Shown here in pieces: positions 45,176-54,040 of a DNA stretch of 64,000 nt (the first letter of the stretch is position 1; every line of letters starts with the position of its first letter). Under the pieces are notes generated by a model. It was not told where the DNA came from. It saw only the letters and a list, made by a program, of their open reading frames with translations, and did not search any database. The stretch spans positions 64,001 to 128,000 of the forward strand of contig BK006948.2 in NCBI GenBank assembly GCA_000146045.2. The letters are read 5' to 3'. A program made the translations under genes and the position numbers. Origin of the DNA: TPA_inf: Saccharomyces. Lineage: Eukaryota.

Positions 45176-45889
45176 ATGTGCGATAGCCATCAAAAGGAAG
45201 AAGATAACGCAAATACGAGCGAAAGGGCGTTATTTTTTAATTACCATGAGTTTTCGTATTCATTCTACGAAGACCTCGGTTCCGAAGACGCTAAACCCAC
45301 AGAGCACGACGAAGACCACAAATTGTGTATTACACATTTCCCGAATGTGTATGCTGCTCGGGGCTCTGCCGAGTTCCAGGTGACCCGGGTGGTACGAGTG
45401 CCCCGGCGGTTCGATGAGTCTCGCAGCAGCCTTGAAACGCCACAATTTAGTACACAGCTTCCCGGTAGCGAGCCGGCGGCAATCGTGGGCGACGATGGCA
45501 CTAGCTTTGTGCGGTGCGGGCGTTACGACATTGGGGATCACGTGTTTGGCTGCTCCTCCGTCTCGCCTCTGTCAGAATATCTTAGTGCGGCAGAGCTCGC
45601 GGAGGTTGTGCACCGGGTAAACGGATTCTTGCTGCGTGAAGAAGGTGAGGTGTTCGGGTGGCGTAACTTAAGTGGCCTGTTGCTCGATATGCTTACGGGC
45701 GGTCTGTGGAGCTGGGTTTTGGGGCCCCTTCTTTCTAGACCTGTGTTTCAGGAGTCTCTCGCGTTAGAGCAGTACGTGGCGCAGCTAAACTCGCCGGGAG
45801 GTCTGCTTCACGAGCGCGGTGTGCGCCTAGTATTGCCCCGACGGTCCGGGTGCCTATCCCTAGATTTCGTCGTGCCCCGACCCAAATAG
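45176..45889 (+). CDS. SHR5: Subunit of the Erf2-Shr5 Ras palmitoyltransferase
   Basis: 237-aa ORF matching remembered Shr5/Erf4. The coding region is markedly GC-rich, which produces several overlapping spurious ORFs in other frames. Confidence 0.78.
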   Translation: MCDSHQKEEDNANTSERALFFNYHEFSYSFYEDLGSEDAKPTEHDEDHKLCITHFPNVYAARGSAEFQVTRVVRVPRRFDESRSSLETPQFSTQLPGSEPAAIVGDDGTSFVRCGRYDIGDHVFGCSSVSPLSEYLSAAELAEVVHRVNGFLLREEGEVFGWRNLSGLLLDMLTGGLWSWVLGPLLSRPVFQESLALEQYVAQLNSPGGLLHERGVRLVLPRRSGCLSLDFVVPRPK

Positions 45890-46296
45890 TTAAACGTGTG
45901 GTTTATGGGTGCACCAGGGCTTTATCGTGTTTTATATCGATGGCGATTTGTGCCTCCAGTGTATTTTTGTATATCCAATTAAGGTTTCTTACCTAATTTT
46001 ATTTTTATCATCTTTAGTTAATGCTGGTTTGCTCTGTTTCTGCTGCTTTCTGTGCGGTTCTCCTCTTCTCTTGTTTCTTCGTGTTGTCCCCCATCGCCGA
46101 TGGGCTTATATGGCGTATATATATAGAGCGAGTTTTTACGTCGAAGATCATCTCAGTTTGCTTGATAGCCTTTCTACTTTATTACTTTCGTTTTTAACCT
46201 CATTATACTTTAGTTTTCTTTGATCGGTTTTTTTCTCTGTATACTTAAAAGTTCAAATCAAAGAAACATACAAAACTACGTTTATATCAATTAATA

Positions 46297-46638
46297 ATGT
46301 CTGAAATTCAAAACAAAGCTGAAACTGCCGCCCAAGATGTCCAACAAAAGTTGGAAGAAACCAAAGAATCTTTGCAAAACAAGGGCCAAGAAGTAAAGGA
46401 ACAAGCTGAAGCTTCTATCGACAACCTAAAAAATGAAGCTACTCCAGAAGCTGAACAGGTGAAGAAGGAAGAACAAAACATTGCTGATGGTGTCGAACAA
46501 AAGAAGACCGAAGCTGCCAACAAAGTTGAAGAAACTAAGAAGCAAGCTTCCGCCGCCGTCAGTGAGAAGAAGGAAACCAAGAAGGAAGGCGGTTTCTTGA
46601 AGAAATTGAACCGTAAAATTGCTTCCATTTTCAACTAA
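46297..46638 (+). CDS. ZEO1: Zeocin-resistance peripheral membrane protein, charged coiled-coil
   Basis: 113-aa K/E-rich ORF matching remembered Zeo1. Confidence 0.85.
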   Translation: MSEIQNKAETAAQDVQQKLEETKESLQNKGQEVKEQAEASIDNLKNEATPEAEQVKKEEQNIADGVEQKKTEAANKVEETKKQASAAVSEKKETKKEGGFLKKLNRKIASIFN

Positions 46639-46774
46639 TCACACTTGAATGTGCTGCACTTTACTAGAAGTTTCTTTTTCTTTTTTTAAAAATAAAAAAA
46701 GAGGAGAAAAATGCTGTTTATTCTGACCTTTTACATAAATTTTTCTTAATTGTATCTATCTAATAACTAATCAA

Positions 46775-46775
46775 T

Positions 46776-46813
<38 letters not shown>

Positions 46814-46870
46814 AATAATAGTAGTAGTAGTAGTAGTAGTAATAATGATGATGATGATGATGATGGATGA
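46775..46870. repeat. Compound trinucleotide microsatellite (ATA/AAT)n-(AGT)7-(AAT)2-(GAT)8
   Basis: Read directly: ataataataataatactaataataataataataataataatagtagtagtagtagtagtagtaataatgatgatgatgatgatgatgg. Confidence 0.9.
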
Positions 46871-46961
46871 TCAAAAGCCACAAAAAAGAATGCTCCGAGA
46901 ATAACCTCGGCGGTTATTTCACGTCCCGGAGGAAAAAAAGTTTGATAAGAAAGTAAAAATA

Positions 46962-47033
46962 TGAGCGGTACGAGAATCGAACCCGTGTCCCCACCTTGGA
47001 AGGGTGGGATGATAACCACTACACTAACCGCCC
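46962..47033 (-). tRNA. tG(UCC): tRNA-Gly (anticodon UCC)
   Basis: Reverse complement GGGCGGTTAGTGTAGTGGTTATCATCCCACCCTTCCAAGGTGGGGACACGGGTTCGATTCTCGTACCGCTCA folds as a cloverleaf: 7-bp acceptor stem GGGCGGT/ACCGCTC, anticodon loop CTTCCAA giving TCC, and a GTTCGATTC T-loop. A T5 Pol III terminator follows on the minus strand (about 46952-46956). Confidence 0.9.
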
Positions 47034-47430
47034 GGGTTAATTGTTATTAGTTGGTGAAACTGATCTCAATCACTATAACATTATGGTCTCTTAATAGCAA
47101 AGGCCAACCAACTGACTTCTTGCAAACTGATGTTCAATTTTAGCTCTAAAATAAAACAATGTAAAAGAAAGATAAAATGACATAAAGCACTATCGCTTCA
47201 ACGGCAAACAATATTGAAAAAGTATCACATTATAGTAAGTTGAACACTAAAAGATTAAATAAATACTTCGGCACACTTTCGATGAAGGAAAGCATTAGTA
47301 GTAACGTATATATATCATTGTTGTTGCTACTTTTCTTTGTGGGATATGCACCACTCCCCTCTGCAAAGTGAAGAAAAGGTATGGGAAGAATTTCTTCGCT
47401 TATATTACTTACTTTACCCTACTCCTTGAA

Positions 47431-47886
47431 TCACTGACCACTCTGTCCATCACCCAGCTCCCAAATTAACTCCTTCGGTACTAAATCCCGAATGTTTCCA
47501 TTTTGTTCTTGTACGGGATCGCTGCTGCTGCTGCTGCCGGTTTTTGCCTCATGCTTAGCTATGATTTGTTTTCTCAGCTTTTCATTCCTTTCATACAACC
47601 AACTTAAGTAACTCAAGCTTTTCAGGTATATGATTAGTTCTGACCGACTTTCCTGGGGTTGCAGGTCAGGTACTACTGCTACCAGTTCGTCAAATATAGC
47701 TCTTTCCAATTCTCTCCTTTTTTTTTCAGACGAAACATGATTTATACGTATTTGACCATCAGTCAATTTATTAATCTTCTTAGACCTGCGTTTCCTTTTC
47801 TTCACATTAGCCAGTTCACCCTTTATCTCCTTAATCTCGGACAATCCCGGCTGTATTGTTTGTATCTCCTTAATATCGTTCGTCAT
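47431..47886 (-). CDS. INO4: bHLH transcription factor partner of Ino2 (phospholipid gene regulation)
   Basis: 151-aa ORF with the bHLH basic region HVSSEKKRRELER. Matches remembered Ino4. Confidence 0.88.
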   Translation of the reverse strand: MTNDIKEIQTIQPGLSEIKEIKGELANVKKRKRRSKKINKLTDGQIRINHVSSEKKRRELERAIFDELVAVVPDLQPQESRSELIIYLKSLSYLSWLYERNEKLRKQIIAKHEAKTGSSSSSDPVQEQNGNIRDLVPKELIWELGDGQSGQ

Positions 47887-48101
47887 TATTGCTTTTCTCT
47901 TTTTAGTTCAAGCCGCCCTCTTAACTCCTTCGTCAAGCTTATCTTGTTGGCATTGGAATTTCGCAAACGCAATCGCGCCTCTGTCTTTAAGGTGAGAAAA
48001 ACATGTGAATATTTTGTTTGATACGTAACAAGCTCATACAAACCAAGCCAAGAAAAAGAAGACGACTAATCTATTTATAACAAAGATATTTGTTCACTAT
48101 A

Positions 48102-49130
48102 ATGCAATATAGTTCGAGGTTCCTAGAATTGAATATCCCGGATTCATTTTTAAATATCAATAAGATTCCTGATGCTACTAAATTTATTACAGTCACTTAT
48201 ATATGCTTAACTGCAACCCTTTTCTGTATAAGGAGATCCTTGTACAACAAGCTAGTTCTTGAAGACCCTAACTTGGACTACAACTTGATTACTTCGCCGC
48301 TTTTGCAAATGGTACCTTCGCAGATTTGGAGGTACCCCACCTCATTAGTTCTATCCAACTTCATCGACACTAAAGCTTGGAAGGTGGTAGTGAACTTATT
48401 GAATTTGATCATTGGTGGATCCTTCATTGAACGCAATTGGAACTCTTCCAAAGAAATGTTCAAATTTATCATAGTTTTAGGTTCTCTTACAAACGTTCTG
48501 ATCATCATGCTGACTTTGTTAGTATCTTTTTTCTCTAATAAGGTAAGGCTGGATATTCCCTTAGACGGGAACTACACAATTTTAATCGGTTTCCCTATCA
48601 TTTATAGACAGTTATTGCCTGAAACAACTATAATCCATCTGAAGACACCTCAATTTTTGGCCAAAAACTTTAGGTTCAAATTACTACCCATTTTTGTAAT
48701 GTTTACAATGACGGTAACCCAAATAATATGGTTTCATCATTTTGCTCAATTGTTCTCCATTTGGGTTACCTTTTTTGCCAGTTGGTCGTACTTGAGGTTT
48801 TTCCAGAAACTTGCACCCTTGAATTGTCCCTCTTTGCCAACAACTAATTCTCAAGGTGGTCAGGAAATATTGGTCGGCGATGCATCTGATACTTTTCAAT
48901 TGATTTACTTCTTTCCTGATCTAATTAAGCCGATTTTGAGGCCGATTTTCAATTTCATTTATAATGTAGTTGTTGTAAAATTTAAAGTCATTAAACCTTT
49001 TCATGATATTGATATAGATATTGGGAACACCATCGCAGAAAGTAGAGGCGCCAAAAAAATTATGACTGTAGAAGAAAGACGAAGACAGTTAGCTTTACAA
49101 GTTTTGGAAGAGCGTATGGTAAACCCTTGA
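48102..49130 (+). CDS. Uncharacterised multi-pass membrane protein (YOL107W)
   Basis: The ORF track gives 48090-49130 (346 aa). Remembered YOL107W is 342 aa, suggesting a start at the Met at 48102. Several hydrophobic helices are present. Confidence 0.6.
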   Translation: MQYSSRFLELNIPDSFLNINKIPDATKFITVTYICLTATLFCIRRSLYNKLVLEDPNLDYNLITSPLLQMVPSQIWRYPTSLVLSNFIDTKAWKVVVNLLNLIIGGSFIERNWNSSKEMFKFIIVLGSLTNVLIIMLTLLVSFFSNKVRLDIPLDGNYTILIGFPIIYRQLLPETTIIHLKTPQFLAKNFRFKLLPIFVMFTMTVTQIIWFHHFAQLFSIWVTFFASWSYLRFFQKLAPLNCPSLPTTNSQGGQEILVGDASDTFQLIYFFPDLIKPILRPIFNFIYNVVVVKFKVIKPFHDIDIDIGNTIAESRGAKKIMTVEERRRQLALQVLEERMVNP

Positions 49131-49293
49131 TATATGGATCTATATAACTTGAAATATGCTCTATTATATCGTGATTTAATGACGGCTGTTGGCATTTCGG
49201 TCTTTACCAAGGTAGTAGGATTTGTATGCTGAATGTGCGCCAGTACTATCGAACCATAGAAACCCATATATTCCCCAATATTAATAATTCTAC

Positions 49294-49626
49294 TGAGAAA
49301 TGGGTGAATTTTGAAATAATTGTTGGGATTCCATCGTTGATAAAGGCTATAATATTAGGTATACAGAATGTACTAGAAGTTCTCCTCGATGATATAGGAA
49401 TCCCCATAATGGAATCTATATTTCTATGTACCAATATTACGATTATTCCTCATTCCATTTCATATGTTTCATTATCCTATTACATTATCGATCCTTGCAT
49501 TTCAGCTTCCTCTAACTTCGGTGACAGCTTCTATAATAACTTATGTCACTATCTAACACCGTATATGATAATATATTGATAGTATGACTACTAGTTGATA
49601 GACGATAGTTGGTTTTTATTCCAACA
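49294..49626 (-). mobile_element. Solo Ty1/Ty2 delta LTR (about 333 bp) about 175 bp upstream of tRNA-Thr
   Basis: Reverse complement starts TGTTGGAATAAAAACCAAC and ends ...ATTTCTCA. It is about 85% identical by eye to the two LTRs of the full Ty1 at 53703-59628 and has no internal Ty sequence. ORF-track fragments 49226-49579 and 49246-49434 are LTR translations. Confidence 0.88.
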
Positions 49627-49801
49627 TCTACATAGTGGCACTCACTACGCTGCTAAATTTGATCATTTGGTGAATAATTTGATAATTAGTAGTTCTTCTC
49701 CGGGATATAGGAATCAACAAAAGGAAAACGATAGTTTTACATAATAATATTAATTTATCTTGCTTGGTTCGCCTTTGAAGAGCGCAGCTTTCAGAGATTT
49801 A

Positions 49802-49874
49802 GCTTCTATGGCCAAGTTGGTAAGGCGCCACACTAGTAATGTGGAGATCATCGGTTCAAATCCGATTGGAAGCA
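49802..49874 (+). tRNA. tT(AGU): tRNA-Thr (anticodon AGU)
   Basis: GCTTCTATGGCCAAGTTGGTAAGGCGCCACACTAGTAATGTGGAGATCATCGGTTCAAATCCGATTGGAAGCA has acceptor GCTTCTA/TGGAAGC, anticodon loop CTAGTAA giving AGT, and a GTTCAAATC T-loop. A T9 Pol III terminator follows at 49875-49883. Confidence 0.92.
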
Positions 49875-49897
49875 TTTTTTTTTAATATTTTAAAATT

Positions 49898-49908
49898 GTT
49901 TATATTTT
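49898..49908 (+). promoter_or_regulatory. Near-match (10/11) ARS consensus GTTTATATTTT just downstream of tRNA-Thr; candidate origin (possibly ARS1510)
   Basis: Matches WTTTAYRTTTW at all positions except the first, in an AT-rich segment next to a tRNA gene. Confidence 0.25.
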
Positions 49909-50137
49909 TGTACCACAAACATCATTAGAAGCTGCAAATGAAGTGAATCAGAAAATTTAAAAATGAAACTAAATACTAAATATTATTGTTCTTTTTCTAA
50001 CAGTTGAAGTGCCAAAAGCAGTAAATTGTTTAAATATTAGGGTATAAAACATGATATTATAAAGTTAATGATTTAGAATGGCTCCGTCCAGCAGAACCAG
50101 TTGATTACCATTAATGTTGAGAGTTTATGCGAGTTTT

Positions 50138-51808
50138 TCAGGCTCGATTATGAGATACGGTACTAGATAATTCAGGATTATCAGGATTATCAGGGTTTAC
50201 CACTTGCAATGGTCCGCTCATCATCATGTCGGGTAAAGAATTGGCACTGAACCTTTCATTTGCACTATTCAAAGTATTTGCCTCTTCAAAAACTGTCGAT
50301 GGAAGGTTCTGTTTCTGAACCGTAGCATCTTGTAAGCCAGCCAAGTTGTTTATGATGCTTCCACTGGTGTTTGAACTAGGACTACTATAATTTGCACCAT
50401 TACTCATAGAAAAACCATACATATTACTTGTACCGATAGAACCCGCTGTATTACCCCTTGAATGTCTCATCCAATTTGTCGTACCAGAGGAGGGAGGCGG
50501 TCCTATTGGATTTGCATCCTCATCACCGAACGAATAGGGCTGATAATGTTTCGTTTCCTCCAAGTCTAATTGGTCGTGCGATTTCCGTCTCCTCCATATC
50601 AGGAACAATAGAATCAAAATAATAAAAATTACGCCAAACACAACACCAATAACAATACCGGCAATGGCTCCACCACTCAGACGCTGCTTCGAAGTCGAAT
50701 TAGATCTATTATTTGAGGCGGCAGCAGTAGCAGTAGCTACCTCAGAAGATCGTTCAACCACGGATGTCCTCGTAACAAATATTGTTTCCTGATGTTGATC
50801 AGAAGTACTCACGATCGCTTTTGTAACCACACTAGTCACTAGTTCCACTGAGGTAACTATTGGTATCGTTGATGACGTACTAGGGGTCATTGAGGTCACT
50901 TTTGGAGTTGATAGTGTGCTGCTACTCGAGGACACTGGCACCAAGGTGGAAGAGGGTGAAGAAGTACGGCTATCGACTGTGGTATGCTCAGATGAGGACA
51001 ATGTAATGGATGAGGAGCTAGACGTAACAGAAAAGATAGAGGTAGTAGAGGAGGTAGTAGAGGAGGTAGTAGAAGAGGTAGTAGAAGAGGTGGTAGAAGA
51101 GGTGGTAGAAGAGGTGGTAGAAGAGGTGGTAGAAGAGGTAGTAGAGGAAGTCGAGGAAGAGGTAGTAGAAGAGGTGGTAGAAGAGGTGGTAGAAGAGGTG
51201 GTAGAAGAGGTAGTAGAGGAAGTCGAGGAAGAGGTTGTTGAAGTGGTAGAAACTGTCGTGGCTATCATTTCAGAACTTTTCATATCTGTTGACGTTCTCC
51301 TAGTAGTTGAAGAAATTTGGGCGGAGGACAATGAAGAAGTTGTTGAGGGCATATAGGAAGTGCTAGACCCTTCTTTGGAAGAGGAAGATTCAACCGATGA
51401 AACAAAAGTTTCAGCATTTACATACACGTTCATGTACGATGACCCTCCACACATTTGGTAAGGCCAGCCAGAGCATTTAGTTCCACAGTTTGAATCTGTT
51501 GATTTCGTCAAAGAAGTCAGAAAACTTACCGAATTACCGCAGTAACAATCTGACCCGTTAAATAATGCTACTACTGCTGACTCAGGGCACTGGTTTTGAC
51601 AGTATGACACTGATTGATATATGTATGAGTTTTTCAGAGACAGTCCAGCAGACTGGATATCCGCGGCACTGTAACAGCCTTCATAATTAAAATCAGCATT
51701 AACCAGCCCAATCAGAGATTGACATAGCAAACTTAGAAGTATAAATGAGATATACCCGATTTTAATAGTTCCTTTATTTGTTAATTTTGCAAACCATACT
51801 CTTTCCAT
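50138..51808 (-). CDS. WSC3: Cell-wall integrity sensor with an N-terminal WSC domain, Ser/Thr-rich stalk, single TM and cytoplasmic tail
   Basis: The ORF track gives 50138-51907 (589 aa). Remembered Wsc3 is 556 aa, so the start is the Met at residue 34 (51808). It has a Cys-rich WSC domain, a long S/T tract and a TM helix (IAGIVIGVVFGVIFIILILLFLIW). Confidence 0.85.
   Translation of the reverse strand: MERVWFAKLTNKGTIKIGYISFILLSLLCQSLIGLVNADFNYEGCYSAADIQSAGLSLKNSYIYQSVSYCQNQCPESAVVALFNGSDCYCGNSVSFLTSLTKSTDSNCGTKCSGWPYQMCGGSSYMNVYVNAETFVSSVESSSSKEGSSTSYMPSTTSSLSSAQISSTTRRTSTDMKSSEMIATTVSTTSTTSSSTSSTTSSTTSSTTSSTTSSTTSSSTSSTTSSTTSSTTSSTTSSTTSSTTSSTTSSTTSSTTSIFSVTSSSSSITLSSSEHTTVDSRTSSPSSTLVPVSSSSSTLSTPKVTSMTPSTSSTIPIVTSVELVTSVVTKAIVSTSDQHQETIFVTRTSVVERSSEVATATAAASNNRSNSTSKQRLSGGAIAGIVIGVVFGVIFIILILLFLIWRRRKSHDQLDLEETKHYQPYSFGDEDANPIGPPPSSGTTNWMRHSRGNTAGSIGTSNMYGFSMSNGANYSSPSSNTSGSIINNLAGLQDATVQKQNLPSTVFEEANTLNSANERFSANSLPDMMMSGPLQVVNPDNPDNPELSSTVSHNRA
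51043..51240. repeat. About 16 tandem copies of a 12-bp unit (gaggtggtagaa and variants) inside WSC3, encoding (TSST)n
   Basis: Read directly. It is the reverse strand of the TSSTTSSTTSS... coding repeat, and a spurious antisense ORF 50916-51356 (EEVV repeats) arises from it. Confidence 0.9.
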
Positions 51809-52395
51809 TTTATATTGTCTTCTGCTAAAAAAACAAACTATACGGACATGAATTTCATATAATGCACAAAGAAAATAGCTCACCAAATATTTCTCGAGGA
51901 TTATCACTAATTTCGAGGAACAATAGAAAATTAGTATGGCGAGGGATCAAAAAATTTTTTATAGCAAATGTTTGGAAAGAAAAAAATGTATAACGAATGC
52001 AATTGTTTTATTGAAGTGTAAGAAAAATCAATATCTAACCTAGATACTATTTCAGGCAATGAAGTAAAACAATGGTCCTGGTCTGCAGTATACCACTTAC
52101 GTTAAAAAGCTTTTTAAGATTAGTGCGGAGGCATAATTACTTTTTTTATAATAAAGAAAAAAATTCTCGAGTGGCTAAAATAAGAAGTTTGCCCGGATCT
52201 CAAAGGAGAGCGGGATGACGTAAAAATTCCTGATTTTGGAAAAATGCATTCCTACTAACGAATCGGCTGGTAAAATTAGGTTAAAAATCTCCTAGTGAAA
52301 GGGCAAACAGAAAAAAATCTTCACATTAAGCAAGATTTAAAGTAAACAGCAAAGAAAAGTTTTTTTTGGTTCAGATGTAATATGGATAGCCCGTT

Positions 52396-53454
52396 TTAAC
52401 AATTCAGAATCTCATCTGTAAAGCATTGTAATATCGCTGAAAAAGTGAAAAACATTAGTTTCTTGACTGCTTCATCATTTGAATGGTCTTCCAATACCAA
52501 GAGATGTGCTGGCCTGACAAAGGATTTCACCCTCTCACTTGTAATTTCATCTGCCATCTGCACAATACCATTTGTAAAAATTAAAATACCGTTTTGACAA
52601 TCTAGCCATAAACCAAAATTCAGTTTATATTTTCTGGGTTTTCTGAAAACGTCCAAGAGACTCAAAGCATTTTTATTAAGTAAAATTGTTGTGAATTCAT
52701 CAATCGAACAACTGTATGAAGGTTGGAATGTAAAGTACCTTTGTGTTAATTTTATTACGAGTTCCCTGAGAACATTCGGAATGTTCTGATGGACCGTGGC
52801 ATTTGGCTGAGTTAATTCAGACCATTGTTGCCATTTCACCAACAGGTCATGTAAAATAAGCTCATTAAACGACTCAATGAGTTTTGACCAGTTAGCGTAA
52901 ACTTTGGTGAAATCTTTTTCTGGGCCAAATTTTGTTAAAACGGTTTCAAAGCGATTAACATATTCCTGAATTAGCTTGTAGGTTTTGGAGTTGGATTTGT
53001 CAAAGGAACAAATTCTAGGTATAATACACATCTTTAGTAATTGACTTCTATGGCGGGATACTCCAGAATTGACGACATTAACCAAGGTGGTATCACTATC
53101 GTTCCGATCTTCCCCTTCCTTTTGCCTGCTGAGTTGGAAATAGTGTGAAAAATCCTTCTGAACCAAAGAACTCAATTGACAATCTTTAAATATTTGCAGT
53201 GGGTAGTAACGTTTTGTAGAATCCTGCAAATTCGTAACGAGATCGACTTGATTCAAACAATATAACACAAACACGTAGTTCTTATGACCTCTAAACATCG
53301 GCGGGCAAACATTCGACGCAACTCCTTCTAGTGGCAAGAAATTAAGTTCCTCTTGCAGAGTATGCAACTTTGAGTCATGGAATTCAGTACAATTTCCAGA
53401 GGATGATGCTACAGGCTGCAGCAAAATACTTGCTAACCTATTATCCTTACTCAT
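52396..53454 (-). CDS. NDJ1: Meiosis-specific telomere protein Ndj1
   Basis: 352-aa ORF matching remembered Ndj1 in length and position. Confidence 0.8.
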   Translation of the reverse strand: MSKDNRLASILLQPVASSSGNCTEFHDSKLHTLQEELNFLPLEGVASNVCPPMFRGHKNYVFVLYCLNQVDLVTNLQDSTKRYYPLQIFKDCQLSSLVQKDFSHYFQLSRQKEGEDRNDSDTTLVNVVNSGVSRHRSQLLKMCIIPRICSFDKSNSKTYKLIQEYVNRFETVLTKFGPEKDFTKVYANWSKLIESFNELILHDLLVKWQQWSELTQPNATVHQNIPNVLRELVIKLTQRYFTFQPSYSCSIDEFTTILLNKNALSLLDVFRKPRKYKLNFGLWLDCQNGILIFTNGIVQMADEITSERVKSFVRPAHLLVLEDHSNDEAVKKLMFFTFSAILQCFTDEILNC

Positions 53455-53534
53455 TATAGTTTTTCTACCTGTATTTTTATCCTAAGTTGTATATGGTATA
53501 GTTCATGACAATATTTTTGATATATCTGTCAAAA

Positions 53535-53544
53535 TAGCCGCCCA
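53535..53544 (-). promoter_or_regulatory. URS1 (Ume6 site) TGGGCGGCTA about 85 bp upstream of the NDJ1 ATG
   Basis: Reverse complement of tagccgccca is TGGGCGGCTA, against URS1 consensus TSGGCGGCTA. This is consistent with an early-meiotic gene. Confidence 0.45.
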
Positions 53545-53702
53545 ACTTCTACGCCCGGTACGTCACTGAGTACGAAACGGATATATATCTTCCATTTGTA
53601 ACTATTACTCTCAACTACAAAACAAAACGTGGTTGCTAGTCTTAGTGATTTTATTTACCACATGGATTACTTTAATTCGCATACTTTTCCATCCACTCCT
53701 TC

Positions 53703-54040
53703 TGTTGGAATAAAAATCCACTATCGTCTATCAACTAATAGTTATATTATCAATATATTATCATATACGGTGTTAAGATGATGACATAAGTTATGAGAAG
53801 CTGTCATCGATGTTAGAGGAAGCTGAAACGCAAGGATTGATAATGTAATAGGATCAATGAATATAAACATATAAAACGGAATGAGGAATAATCGTAATAT
53901 TAGTATGTAGAAATATAGATTCCATTTTGAGGATTCCTATATCCTCGAGGAGAACTTCTAGTATATTCTGTATACCTAATATTATAGCCTTTATCAACAA
54001 TGGAATCCCAACAATTATCTAATTACCCACAAATTTCTCA
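53703..54040 (+). repeat. Ty1 5' LTR (delta)
   Basis: Identical to the 3' LTR except for a cluster of about 7 substitutions in the last 20 bp (U5 end). The TYA ATG at 54000 lies inside it. Confidence 0.9.

Noticed and set aside
45260-45620. Overlapping 68-93-aa ORFs on both strands within SHR5
   Set aside because: They are a consequence of the high GC content (few stop codons) of SHR5 and have no independent support.
46308-47019. Antisense ORF over ZEO1 (108 aa) and a poly-Leu/Ser ORF over the trinucleotide repeat (82 aa)
   Set aside because: The first is the reverse frame of a highly expressed charged protein gene. The second is simply a microsatellite translated.
49226-49579. 117-aa and 62-aa ORFs inside the solo delta (probably dubious YOL106W)
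   Set aside because: They lie entirely within LTR sequence. The same pseudo-peptide ([28 protein letters not shown]) recurs in the 3' LTR of the full Ty1 (59515-59706), so they are LTR translation artefacts.
50916-51356. 146-aa EEVV-repeat ORF
   Set aside because: It is the antisense reading of the WSC3 (TSST)n minisatellite, not an independent gene.
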